Below, one piece after another: positions 28,330-37,150 of a DNA stretch of 64,000 bases (position 1 is the stretch's first letter; every line of letters starts with the position of its first letter). The notes beneath the pieces were generated by a model. It was not told where the DNA came from, ran no database searches, and worked only from the letters and a program-made list of their open reading frames with translations. A program made the translations under genes and the position numbers. Location of the stretch: NCBI GenBank assembly GCA_963663035.1, contig OY760074.1, forward strand, positions 384,001 to 448,000, in the 5' to 3' direction. The stretch comes from Acidobacteriota bacterium. Lineage in GTDB: Bacteria > Acidobacteriota > UBA6911 > RPQK01 > JADFOI01.

Positions 28330-29256
28330 CTACTTACGGGGAAACTTCATCTCCGATTCCAACATGACCGGGGCCGGTCCCGAAATACTTCCGTCCTTGC
28401 GGACACGCCAGAAATGCACGGTCAGGAAGATAGTGAGGATCAGGGGAATGGCAATGCAGTGCCAGATATAAGCACGCAGCAAGGCATTGGCGTCCACGAT
28501 GGATCCCCCTAAAAGCGCAAAACGCACGTCGTTGAAGGCGGTCATCCCGAGTTGAGCTCCAAAGGGGCCTTCATGGCCCAAGAGCGGTGTCGCTCGAGCC
28601 ATATTGGTTCCCACCGTCACCGCCCAGAAGCCCAACTGGTCATCGGGAAGCAGATAGCCCGTGAAGGAGAGCAGCAGGGTCAAGACCAGGCAGATCACAC
28701 CCACGGTCCAGTTGAATTCTCGCGGAGTCTTATAAGACCCGGTCAGGAAGACGCGAAACATATGCAGCCAGACCGTGATGATCATCAAGTGGGCCCCCCA
28801 GCGGTGCATATTGCGCAGCAGACCTCCAAAGGGAACATCGTTATGCAGATACATGATGTCCTGGTAGGCCTGACCCTTGGTGGGGTGATAGTAGAACATG
28901 AGAAAGACGCCGGTGATGGTCAGAACGATGAAAAGATAAAGGGTGATACCACCCATCCCCCAGGTAAAACCGAAACGGATGGCATCGCGATTCACCTTAG
29001 CCGGCTGCACGTGCAGGAAGACGTTGGTCAGGACCGCCAGGGCCCGGCTGCGGGGGGTCTCATCCAGTTTGTGGCGGAAGATCGATTTCCACAGTTGGGT
29101 CCGCTTGTAGTCTTTGGCTGCCTTAAGGTCTTGCATTCCTTTCGCGATGAAAGGATTCAAGGCTTCTTTGAGGCGGTCAATCAGAGAGGACGGCCCCGCT
29201 GAGCTCTGCTCTCCTGACTTGGATTCTTCTCTCTTGCTCTTAGCGTCGTCGTTCAT
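28330..29256 (-). CDS. Cytochrome b N-terminal (b6-like) subunit
   Basis: [11 protein letters not shown]...LHMFR, PREFNW, FTGYLLP, WHC...VHFWR heme ligands. Confidence 0.95.
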   Translation of the reverse strand: MNDDAKSKREESKSGEQSSAGPSSLIDRLKEALNPFIAKGMQDLKAAKDYKRTQLWKSIFRHKLDETPRSRALAVLTNVFLHVQPAKVNRDAIRFGFTWGMGGITLYLFIVLTITGVFLMFYYHPTKGQAYQDIMYLHNDVPFGGLLRNMHRWGAHLMIITVWLHMFRVFLTGSYKTPREFNWTVGVICLVLTLLLSFTGYLLPDDQLGFWAVTVGTNMARATPLLGHEGPFGAQLGMTAFNDVRFALLGGSIVDANALLRAYIWHCIAIPLILTIFLTVHFWRVRKDGSISGPAPVMLESEMKFPRK

Positions 29257-29288
29257 GGGTCACTTGTGGTGAGGAACTGCCAGGTAAG

Positions 29289-29495
29289 CCCTGATTATGC
29301 ATAGGTTCTCGTCATGAAGCGGCGGAAGTGCCGACCTGGCAAGGCGCGTGACCCGCAAGCGGGTGCCCCAGGCTCCCGCAAACGTACTCTTGAGTACGTT
29401 GAGGAGGCCGAGGGGTACCCGCATGTGCGGGTCGCGCAACGCTGGCAGGGCGGATGATTTCGCCGCTGCAGTAGAGAACTTATTCATAATCAGGG
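29289..29495 (-). mobile_element. MITE-like element family A, copy A2 (207 bp)
   Basis: TIRs CCCTGATTATGCATAGGTTCTC and (rc) CCCTGATTATGAATAAGTTCTC; reverse orientation relative to A1 and A4. Confidence 0.85.
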
Positions 29496-30065
29496 CTATA
29501 CACCCGTCAAGGAAGCACCATCATCTTCGAAGTGGCAGGTCGCTCCCGGGGCACACTGATAGAGCTGACTGGCGTCCACCACGATCTGCCCTTCAGCATC
29601 GAGCTCCAGATTTGCCCGGTCCATCGGCCGGGGCGCAGGACCTTCAAAATTAATCCCTTCGCTGTCGTATCCGCTGCCATGGCAGGGGCATTTAAATTTG
29701 TTCTCGCTCTCCACCCAATCGGGAGTGCAGCCCAGATGTGTACATTTGGCGTAGATGACAAAAAGTCCCTGGGTGTTCCGAACGACCCAGATCCGATGCT
29801 TCTGCTGAAATCGAGTATCGACCCCAAAACCGAAATCTGAAGGAGGGCCAATTCGGAATTTGGTCTTGGGTTCGAAGAGAGTTCGAGGAAAGAAAAAACG
29901 CATGGCCATCAGTAGATTGACGCCAATAAATCCAAAGACACAGGTCCAGGCGAACTTGCGTCGGTGGATGAGTTGCTTTTCGCTGGGACCCTGCTTGTCT
30001 TCACCGACCCCTTGCGCTTGATCTTCCTGTTGAACCTGGTCTTCTTGGGTCTTTTCTTCCGCCAT
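29496..30065 (-). CDS. Rieske 2Fe-2S subunit
   Basis: CTHLGC and CPCHGSGY boxes, GPAPRPM; twin-Arg-like HRRKF plus TM helix. Confidence 0.96.
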   Translation of the reverse strand: MAEEKTQEDQVQQEDQAQGVGEDKQGPSEKQLIHRRKFAWTCVFGFIGVNLLMAMRFFFPRTLFEPKTKFRIGPPSDFGFGVDTRFQQKHRIWVVRNTQGLFVIYAKCTHLGCTPDWVESENKFKCPCHGSGYDSEGINFEGPAPRPMDRANLELDAEGQIVVDASQLYQCAPGATCHFEDDGASLTGV

Positions 30066-30148
30066 AGTGAGAACCTACGTTTAAGCGTTACAACTTATAT
30101 TCTGTTCCGGAACTCTGTCAAGATTTTCCTCTACTGGTTTTCTGCCGG

Positions 30149-30418
30149 CTATTTGTCCTGTCGAAAGGTGATAAAGAGTATCGTTGACATAATCGTAATC
30201 GGGGGAATTAAAAGCACTAAGATACCCATTTTCACGGCCTCAATGGCGCTCTCCGCCTGACCCTCCAGGGCAGTCCTGCACATGGCGCAGCCCTGGGCTG
30301 CGGCCGGGGAGGAGAAAAACAGAAGGAACAAACAGGAAAAGAACAAGAGAGGAAGGATGGAGTGCTGTGCTTTCCTCCTCTTTTGTGTTCCGGTGTTCAT
30401 TGGGTTCATTGCTCTCAT
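30149..30418 (-). CDS. Small membrane protein with CAMC motif
   Basis: Signal-like N-terminus ending AAAQ, then GCAMCRTAL and a C-terminal TM helix; lies within the operon. The longer track ORF is an over-extension. Confidence 0.7.
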   Translation of the reverse strand: MRAMNPMNTGTQKRRKAQHSILPLLFFSCLFLLFFSSPAAAQGCAMCRTALEGQAESAIEAVKMGILVLLIPPITIMSTILFITFRQDK

Positions 30419-30420
30419 CG

Positions 30421-30726
30421 TTACCTGCGCAGTTCCAGGAGCCTCAAGCTGTCGGGGAAGAAAATAAACAGTAAGGCGATGCAGATCACCACAGCCGGAA
30501 TGAGCGTCAGTGTGAGGCTGAGCTTCTCGAATCGAAGATGCATAAAGTAGGCTACAATCAATCCCGTCTTGATCAGAGAAAAGCCTACCAGGAGGATCAG
30601 CATCGGAGTCACAGGAATAGCCAGATAAGCCAGGATCACTTCTGCGATCGTCAAGGCCAGCAACCCCACCCAAACCGTCAGGTAAAGCCGGTTGCCATGA
30701 CTTTGATGTGCTGCTTCCATATTCAT
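30421..30726 (-). CDS. Cytochrome c oxidase subunit IV family protein
   Basis: Y-x-x-VW-x-x-LL-x-LT-x-x-E and K-x-x-LIVAYFMHLRFE motifs. Confidence 0.9.
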   Translation of the reverse strand: MNMEAAHQSHGNRLYLTVWVGLLALTIAEVILAYLAIPVTPMLILLVGFSLIKTGLIVAYFMHLRFEKLSLTLTLIPAVVICIALLFIFFPDSLRLLELRR

Positions 30727-30749
30727 CTTGCTGGGCTCTCCTTGGTTGT

Positions 30750-31373
30750 TCAAATCTTCCAGGACAGCAGGTAGACCATGGGAAAAATAAACATCCAAAC
30801 CAGGTCCACGAAATGCCAGTAAAGTCCGCTGATTTCCACGTCCTCGGAAGTAAACTTTCCCTTTCCGAACCCCCAGGCAATCACTCCCAGGTAGATGACG
30901 CCGCCTGTGACGTGGGTCATGTGAAGACCGGTTAAGGTGAAGAAGGATGCACCGAAGAGCGGAGCTCCCCAGGGATTGCCAAAGGGTGTCACTCCTTCAT
31001 GGATCAGCTCCAGCCACTCGTTGGTGTGCAGGATAATAAAGAGTACCCCCCCCAGGATGGTGGCTAAAAGCCAGCCCACGGTCCGCCGTAGCTCCTTTTG
31101 CTTGGCTGCTGCTACAGCCATGACCATGGTTAAAGAGCTGGAGAGCAGACAGAAGGTCATCACGCTGGCCATGAAAATACTGAAGCCTTCAAAGGGCCTC
31201 GGCCAGTCTTCACTGGCAACGCGCACAAAGCTGTAAGCTATCAGCATCGCCGAAAAAGTCAGTGTATCGGAGAGAAGGAAAAGCCACATCCCTAATTTAT
31301 TCGAGCCAATGGCGTAGGGAGATCTTCCGCCTCCCCAGGCAGAGAGCCTGGTCTCACTTACCATGTCAGCCAT
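30750..31373 (-). CDS. Cytochrome c oxidase subunit III family protein (second copy)
   Basis: KLGMWLFLLSD, FFTLTGLHMTHV, GLYWHFVDLVW. Confidence 0.93.
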   Translation of the reverse strand: MADMVSETRLSAWGGGRSPYAIGSNKLGMWLFLLSDTLTFSAMLIAYSFVRVASEDWPRPFEGFSIFMASVMTFCLLSSSLTMVMAVAAAKQKELRRTVGWLLATILGGVLFIILHTNEWLELIHEGVTPFGNPWGAPLFGASFFTLTGLHMTHVTGGVIYLGVIAWGFGKGKFTSEDVEISGLYWHFVDLVWMFIFPMVYLLSWKI

Positions 31374-31377
31374 CCAT

Positions 31378-32037
31378 TTACCTCCAGATCAGAAGCAGGA
31401 GAAACAGGTAAATCCACAACCCGTCCATGAAATGCCAGTAGAGCGCAGTCACACCCAGGGTGGTTTCTCCCAGACCACCAGAGTTCCTCCGCCACACTTT
31501 CCAGGAAAGGTAGGAAAGGGCCATCACGCCTCCTAAGAGGTGGACGCCATGAGTTCCCGTTAATAAATAGAAAAAGGAGCTGCTGGGATTCGTGCTGATG
31601 TATACTCCACCCGCCACCAGTTCCCGCCAGGCCAGGAGCTGTCCAACCAGGAAGCTTACCCCCAAGCCAGTGGTCGCCCACCACCAGCGTTGAAAATGAG
31701 CTTGGTTATGACGCCAGCGACGAGCTTTTTCGAAAGTCAGACTACTGGCCAGCAGAATCAGTGTGTTGGGCCACAAAATTCCCGGGAGTGCTATAGGGAG
31801 CCAGTCATCGGACAGGCCCTTGCGGACAACGTAAGCACTGGTAAAGGCAGCAAAAACCATCAGGATAGCGGCCAATCCAAGCATCATGCCAGTATAGTAT
31901 CTCCGATCGGGAAGAGATGCGGGGCTGTCAGATCCGTCTCCCTGATTGCCACCCAAACCACCTCCAGCAACACCGCCACCTTTTCCTCCTGGTGATATCG
32001 GCTGTTTGGTGGGGAGAGGAGGGGCAATGGTGGCCAT
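31378..32037 (-). CDS. Cytochrome c oxidase subunit III family protein (first copy)
   Basis: NTLILLASS, FFYLLTGTHGVH, YWHFMDGLW. Confidence 0.93.
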   Translation of the reverse strand: MATIAPPLPTKQPISPGGKGGGVAGGGLGGNQGDGSDSPASLPDRRYYTGMMLGLAAILMVFAAFTSAYVVRKGLSDDWLPIALPGILWPNTLILLASSLTFEKARRWRHNQAHFQRWWWATTGLGVSFLVGQLLAWRELVAGGVYISTNPSSSFFYLLTGTHGVHLLGGVMALSYLSWKVWRRNSGGLGETTLGVTALYWHFMDGLWIYLFLLLLIWR

Positions 32038-32040
32038 GGC

Positions 32041-33822
32041 TTAGCTCGCGGGTGTCTTCTGGGCGGTCTGCATCGTATAGTCCTGAGGTTCGTCCGGCAC
32101 GCTGTATTCATAAGGTCCCTGGTACACCACCGGAAGTCTCCCGGCAAAGTTGTCATGGGGTGGGGGCGAGGGAATCTCCCATTCCAGGGTGGTCGCTTGC
32201 CACGGATTCTCCTCGGCCTTTCTGCCTTTGAACATACTCCAGAAAAGGTTGACAATAAAAATCAGTTGGGCAGTGATGGTGATGAATGCAGCGATGCTGA
32301 CGAACAGGTGAATCTGCCCTAAGGGCTCGAGGAAATCAAAAGCGGTCAACTCGGCATAACGGCGTGGGTTACCCGCCATGCCCAGAAAATGCATGGGCGT
32401 AAAGATGGCGTACACGCCGACGAAGGTCAACCCGAAATGCACCTTTCCCCACAACTCACTCATGTGCCGGCCGAACATCTTGGGGAACCAATAATAGGTG
32501 GCTGCAAACATTCCGAAAATGGAGGCCACCCCCATGATCATGTGGAAGTGTGCCACCACGAAGTAGGTATCATGGAGAAAAATATCAGTGGAAGGTTGAT
32601 TCAGAAACAAGCCGCTGAGTCCACCGGTGACAAACAGAGAGACAAAACCGATGGCAAACAACATGGGTGTGGCCAGGCGAATGTTGCCACGCCACAGAGT
32701 TCCCAGCCAGTTAAAAGTCTTAATGGCGGAGGGGACTGCAATAACGGTCGTCAACAGGGAGAAAGCGATGGCGGTATAGGGACTCATGCCACTCATGAAC
32801 ATGTGGTGTCCCCACACCATAAAGCCCAGAATGCCAATGCCGAGAAGGGCATAGACCATTGCCCGGTATCCAAAAATCGGTTTGCGCGAGAAGGTGGAGA
32901 GAATCTGGGAGGTGACCCCCATGCCGGGAAGGATGGCAATGTAGACCTCGGGATGGCCAAAGAACCAGAAGAGGTGCTGCCAAAGCAGGGGAGATCCCCC
33001 CTTGTGGTCGATTAGCTGATCGCTGACGACCAGCCCGCCGGGGATAAAGAAACTGGTCCCGGCCGAGCGATCCATGAGCAGGAGAACGCCGGCAGCCAGC
33101 AGCACGCCGAAGGCCAGCAGTCCCAGGATGGCCGTGACGAACCAGGCCCACACGGTCAGAGGCATTCGCATTAAGGTCATTCCCTCGGCGCGCAGGTCGA
33201 TGGTGGTGGTGATGAAATTCAGGGCTCCCAGCAAGGCTGCCACGCAGAAGATGGCGATACTGTAGATCCACAATGTTTGACCTGTCCCCAGACCGGGACC
33301 CGCGATTTCTCCCAGTGCGCTCAAAGGTGGGTAGGCTGTCCATCCCGATGTGGGAGGACCTCCTGCCACAAAGAAGGAGGCCAACAGAACCACCAGTGCC
33401 AAAAACGTGAACCAGAAGGAGAGCATGTTCAAGATCGGAAAGGCCATGTCAGCGGCCCCAATCTGGATGGGCAGGAAATAGTTTCCAAACCCGCCCTGGG
33501 GAGCCGTGGTCAAGACGAAAAAAACCATGATGGTCCCGTGCATGGTCAAAAAAGAGAGATAAAACTCCGGGGTCATCACGCCCCCGGGAGCTCCTGTTGG
33601 GAAAAAGGTCTCCAGCAGGGGAAGCTCCGTGCCTGGCCAAACCAGATTAAAACGAATAAAGATCGACAGGATCATCCCCACCACAACCGAGAAAAGAGCT
33701 AAGAAGAAGTATTGAAGGCCGATCACCTTGTGGTCTGTGCTAAAGATCCACTTTCGAATGAAGCCTGTGGGTGCTTCATGATGGACGACCTGGCTGCTTG
33801 GGGCGGCATCTGCCATAGTCAC
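32041..33822 (-). CDS. ctaD: Cytochrome c oxidase subunit I (A1 type)
   Basis: STDHKVIG, HGTIM, WFFGHPEVY, WGHHMF, HDTYFVVAHFH, PRRY. Confidence 0.97.
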   Translation of the reverse strand: MTMADAAPSSQVVHHEAPTGFIRKWIFSTDHKVIGLQYFFLALFSVVVGMILSIFIRFNLVWPGTELPLLETFFPTGAPGGVMTPEFYLSFLTMHGTIMVFFVLTTAPQGGFGNYFLPIQIGAADMAFPILNMLSFWFTFLALVVLLASFFVAGGPPTSGWTAYPPLSALGEIAGPGLGTGQTLWIYSIAIFCVAALLGALNFITTTIDLRAEGMTLMRMPLTVWAWFVTAILGLLAFGVLLAAGVLLLMDRSAGTSFFIPGGLVVSDQLIDHKGGSPLLWQHLFWFFGHPEVYIAILPGMGVTSQILSTFSRKPIFGYRAMVYALLGIGILGFMVWGHHMFMSGMSPYTAIAFSLLTTVIAVPSAIKTFNWLGTLWRGNIRLATPMLFAIGFVSLFVTGGLSGLFLNQPSTDIFLHDTYFVVAHFHMIMGVASIFGMFAATYYWFPKMFGRHMSELWGKVHFGLTFVGVYAIFTPMHFLGMAGNPRRYAELTAFDFLEPLGQIHLFVSIAAFITITAQLIFIVNLFWSMFKGRKAEENPWQATTLEWEIPSPPPHDNFAGRLPVVYQGPYEYSVPDEPQDYTMQTAQKTPAS

Positions 33823-33832
33823 ACTCTCCTGC

Positions 33833-34612
33833 TTAGAATTCAGCCTGCTCCTGTAGCCATTGGGCGTAATCTTCGTCCGATAACACCTCGAGGAAGCTTC
33901 TCATGCGATGATGTCCCAGGCCACAGAGCTCGGCGCAGGCGATCTCATAGGTTCCGGCTCTTGTGGCAGTAAATCGAAGGGGGATCATCATTCCCGGTAC
34001 CGTGTCCTGTTTGATCCGCAGCTCTCGCACCGAAAAGCTGTGGGTGACGTCTTTGGAGCGCAGGAGTAACTCAATGGGACGGTTCAGGGGAACAGCCATG
34101 GTGGGAAGCACGAGGTCATCTTCTGCAGCTGGATCCTCCAGGTCTAACCCCAGGGGGTTTCCCCCGGAATCGTCAATCAGCTCCGGTTGGATATTGCCAA
34201 ACTGACCATCGGGACCTGGGTACCGAATGTTCCAGGCAAACTGCTGTCCCGTCACTTCAATTTGAATGGCATCCTCAGGGGCAGCGTCAATATACAGATC
34301 GAACCAGGCCTGAAAGCCGAGCAGGACCATCCCAAAGAACAAGGCCGTAGTGGCCAGGGTCCAGGCCACCTCCATTTTGTTGCTTCCATGGTAGTAGTAG
34401 GCCTTCTGACCCGGCCGCTCCCGATATTTCAGCACAAAATACCCCAGGCCCACCTGGGCCAGGATAAAAACCACTCCCGTGACCACCAGGGTGTAGAAAA
34501 ACTGTGTATCTACGATCTCCCCGTGAGCCGAAGCGGACTCGGGGAACCACTGTCCGGTAAACAGAATCACAGTGATTAGGGTAATAATCCAAATGGTGAT
34601 CGCCAGTAACAT
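33833..34612 (-). CDS. ctaC: Cytochrome c oxidase subunit II (CuA, no fused heme c)
   Basis: DVTHSF, CAELCGLGHHRM. Confidence 0.96.
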   Translation of the reverse strand: MLLAITIWIITLITVILFTGQWFPESASAHGEIVDTQFFYTLVVTGVVFILAQVGLGYFVLKYRERPGQKAYYYHGSNKMEVAWTLATTALFFGMVLLGFQAWFDLYIDAAPEDAIQIEVTGQQFAWNIRYPGPDGQFGNIQPELIDDSGGNPLGLDLEDPAAEDDLVLPTMAVPLNRPIELLLRSKDVTHSFSVRELRIKQDTVPGMMIPLRFTATRAGTYEIACAELCGLGHHRMRSFLEVLSDEDYAQWLQEQAEF

Positions 34613-34734
34613 GAATTTGTATTCTCCCCTGCCCCTTTTTTTGAGAACCCCCTCAAAAACCGCTGGCTATTGTACCAACAAAAAATCAATTATCAACGGG
34701 TTTAAGGAATTTATTGTGCAGCGGTGTTCTAAAG

Positions 34735-34802
34735 TGCCTCGCTCCTTGACCTCGCCTCGCACGACCCATCAGCAAACGTCATCGTATTTATGAAACGAGG
34801 CA
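34735..34802 (+). mobile_element. MITE-like family B, internally deleted copy B3 (~68 bp)
   Basis: TGCCTCG...CGAGGCA ends; interior GCTCCTTGACCTCGCCTCGC...CATCAGCAAACG...CGTATTTATGAAA matches the right arms of B1 and B2. Confidence 0.7.
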
Positions 34803-34809
34803 CTAAGCC

Positions 34810-34980
34810 TCAGGATTCGATTGCTTGACCGCACTTTCGGCAGTGGATTCGTCTTTGAGCGTTGAGCGTTCTACACTCAGGACAGCGGTTGTACATGGAG
34901 CGGGCAAGAAATTGCGTGAACCAGGCGCTGCCGATGAGAATGGCGGCGACCAGTAAAAATCCCAGAATTGTCTCTGTCAT
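34810..34980 (-). CDS. 56-aa membrane-anchored zinc-ribbon protein (not in ORF track)
   Basis: Hand translation MTETILGFLLVAAILIGSAWFTQFLARSMYNRCPECRTLNAQRRIHCRKCGQAIES: TM helix plus CxxC-x10-CxxC. Confidence 0.8.
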   Translation of the reverse strand: MTETILGFLLVAAILIGSAWFTQFLARSMYNRCPECRTLNAQRRIHCRKCGQAIES

Positions 34981-34999
34981 GAGCAACCAAAGTCTCTAG

Positions 35000-35195
35000 C
35001 CGGTATTATGCATAGGTTCTTCTTACGAAGGGGCGAAAGGACCGGAAAACAGAGCCGTGGGCTTTAGCCCACGGGCCCGCAGGCTAAAGCCTGCGGCTCC
35101 GACTGGCGCGCGAGGGGTACCCGGCTGCGGGTCGCGCAACACGGTCAGGGAGGGTGATTTCGCCGCTGCAGTAGAAAACCTATGCATAATCCTGG
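35000..35195 (-). mobile_element. MITE-like element family A, copy A3 (196 bp), carrying a REP-like doublet
   Basis: TIRs CCGGTATTATGCATAGGTTCT and (rc) CCAGGATTATGCATAGGTTTT; CTAG direct repeat on both flanks. Confidence 0.85.
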
Positions 35196-35214
35196 CTAGT
35201 ATATAATGCTTTGA

Positions 35215-36339
35215 ATGAGGCTGGCCCCTTACGCCATGCGGGATGACTTGACCGAGGGGAGGCGTTTTCCGGAGAAGCCTCATCCCTATCGCTCTGAGTA
35301 TCAAAGAGATCGAGACCGGATCATCCACACCAAGGCCTTCCGCAGGCTGGAGAATAAATCACAGGTCTTTGACCCCGATTATTGTGATCACTTCCGCAAT
35401 CGACTGACTCATACCATTGAGGTCAGCCAGATCACTCGAACCATTAGTGAAGCCCTTGGACTCAACACCGATTTGTGCGAGGTTCTGGCTTTGAGTCATG
35501 ACATCGGTCATCCCCCCTTCAGCCACCAGGGAGAGCAGGTGTTGGATCAGTTGATGAGGAACTACGGCTCCGGGTTTGATCACAACCTCCATGCCCTGCG
35601 GATTGTGGAGGATTTTGAAGAGAAATACGCTGCTTTCCGGGGTCTCAATCTCACCTTTGAAGTTCGCGAAGGAATCGTCAAACACAGTCGAGACTGTACG
35701 GAAGAGGAGGTGTCCTACGTCGATCTCAGTGAGTATCGTCCAGGTGAGCGGCCCCCGCTGGAAGCACAGGTCATCGATCTGGCCGATGAGATTGCTTACA
35801 ACACAGCTGATCTGGATGATGGCTATGATTCAGGACTGTTGACGGTTGAGCAGATGGTAGAGCAGATGAAGCTTTTCCAGAGTGTCTATGAACAGGTGGA
35901 GTCAGAATACCCAGATACTCCTGAAAAGCTTCGGGTCAGTGCGACGGTCCGACGAGTCATCGATGTTCTGGTGACCAGTCTGATATCCCAAACTCGCAGA
36001 GAGCTGGATATTCATGGCATTCATTCTGTGAAAAGGGTGCGCCACTTTCCAAGCCGCCTGCTGGGCTTGGAGGATCACATTGCTTCCCAGAATCGGGAGT
36101 TGAAGGAGTTTCTCCATCGAAACCTTTATGATCATAAGGTGATGAGGCAGTCCCGAAAAAAGTCCCGACGTGTCATTCAAGAACTGTTCCGAGAGTATGA
36201 GGAGAATCCCCAAAGACTTCCCGAGAGCCATTACTCGCGCATTGCTGAGTTGGGCTTGGAGCGTATTGTTTGTGACTACATTGCTGGAATGACTGACAAA
36301 TTTGCACTGACACAGCATGAAGACACGTTGACAAAATGA
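35215..36339 (+). CDS. dgt: Deoxyguanosinetriphosphate triphosphohydrolase
   Basis: RDRDRIIH-x-x-AFRRL, RNRLTHTIEV, HDIGHPPFSH-x-GE, DEIAY, DYIAGMTD. Confidence 0.95.
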   Translation: MRLAPYAMRDDLTEGRRFPEKPHPYRSEYQRDRDRIIHTKAFRRLENKSQVFDPDYCDHFRNRLTHTIEVSQITRTISEALGLNTDLCEVLALSHDIGHPPFSHQGEQVLDQLMRNYGSGFDHNLHALRIVEDFEEKYAAFRGLNLTFEVREGIVKHSRDCTEEEVSYVDLSEYRPGERPPLEAQVIDLADEIAYNTADLDDGYDSGLLTVEQMVEQMKLFQSVYEQVESEYPDTPEKLRVSATVRRVIDVLVTSLISQTRRELDIHGIHSVKRVRHFPSRLLGLEDHIASQNRELKEFLHRNLYDHKVMRQSRKKSRRVIQELFREYEENPQRLPESHYSRIAELGLERIVCDYIAGMTDKFALTQHEDTLTK

Positions 36340-36357
36340 AGTGATGTGAGGTAGAGT
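36328..36357 (+). promoter_or_regulatory. sigma-70 promoter candidate for the yceD-rpmF-fab operon
   Basis: TTGACA-N18-TAGAGT. Confidence 0.45.
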
Positions 36358-36401
36358 TTTTTGTCTTTCTTGAGGAAAATAATCCCGTTAAATGGTAGTG
36401 G

Positions 36402-36938
36402 ATGATGGTTGTGGATGTTAATGAACTCAGAGATCGAGAGAAGCCCCTTCACATCGTTAAGGACTTTGGTGACAAAGACCTCAAGGTCGATAACCCCATC
36501 AGTTCTCTACGGGGTCTTGTCCACTCGGACGTGGAGGTTTCCCTGTGGGGAGAGCGAGTGCGTGTGGAAGGAGAACTGGGAGCTGAAATAGTGCTGACCT
36601 GTTCTCGTTGTCTGAAGTCCTTTGAGCGAAAGATTCAAAAGGGATTTGAAGTGGAGTTTTTGCCTGATCCTGTGGTGGAGACGGAGGGAGAGGAAGTAGC
36701 CCTCACCTACACGGATCTGGATTTCGGTTTCTATCGAAACGACGGATTGGATGTCAGATCGGTGATTTCCGAACAGATCGCCTTGGAGATTCCCATGCAA
36801 CCGATCTGTCAGGAAGCTTGTAAGGGTTTATGTGACCAGTGCGGAGCCGATCTCAACGAAGGTGACTGCAACTGTCAGGGCCAAACAATCGATCCTCGAT
36901 TTGAGGCTTTGCTGGAATTGAAGAAGAGACTTAGGTAA
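36402..36938 (+). CDS. yceD: DUF177/YceD family protein
   Basis: CSRCL, PMQPICQEACKGLCDQCGADLN, DPRFEAL; upstream of rpmF. Confidence 0.93.
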   Translation: MMVVDVNELRDREKPLHIVKDFGDKDLKVDNPISSLRGLVHSDVEVSLWGERVRVEGELGAEIVLTCSRCLKSFERKIQKGFEVEFLPDPVVETEGEEVALTYTDLDFGFYRNDGLDVRSVISEQIALEIPMQPICQEACKGLCDQCGADLNEGDCNCQGQTIDPRFEALLELKKRLR

Positions 36939-36955
36939 GTAACGGAAAGCACACC

Positions 36956-37138
36956 ATGGCCAATCCCAAGAGAAGGCATTCGAAATCACGGAGAGGGAAG
37001 AGACGAGCGCACAGCTTTTTGACTGCTCCCAATCTCTCGATTTGCAGTCACTGTGGATCTCCAGTACTTCCACACAGAGTCTGTCCCAACTGTGGTTATT
37101 ACAAGGACAGGCAAGTGATTGAGGTCAAGGAGTTGTGA
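36956..37138 (+). CDS. rpmF: 50S ribosomal protein L32
   Basis: MANPKRRHSKSRR...CSHCG...HRVCPNCGYY. Confidence 0.97.
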   Translation: MANPKRRHSKSRRGKRRAHSFLTAPNLSICSHCGSPVLPHRVCPNCGYYKDRQVIEVKEL

Positions 37139-37150
37139 TGTCGTGCATTC

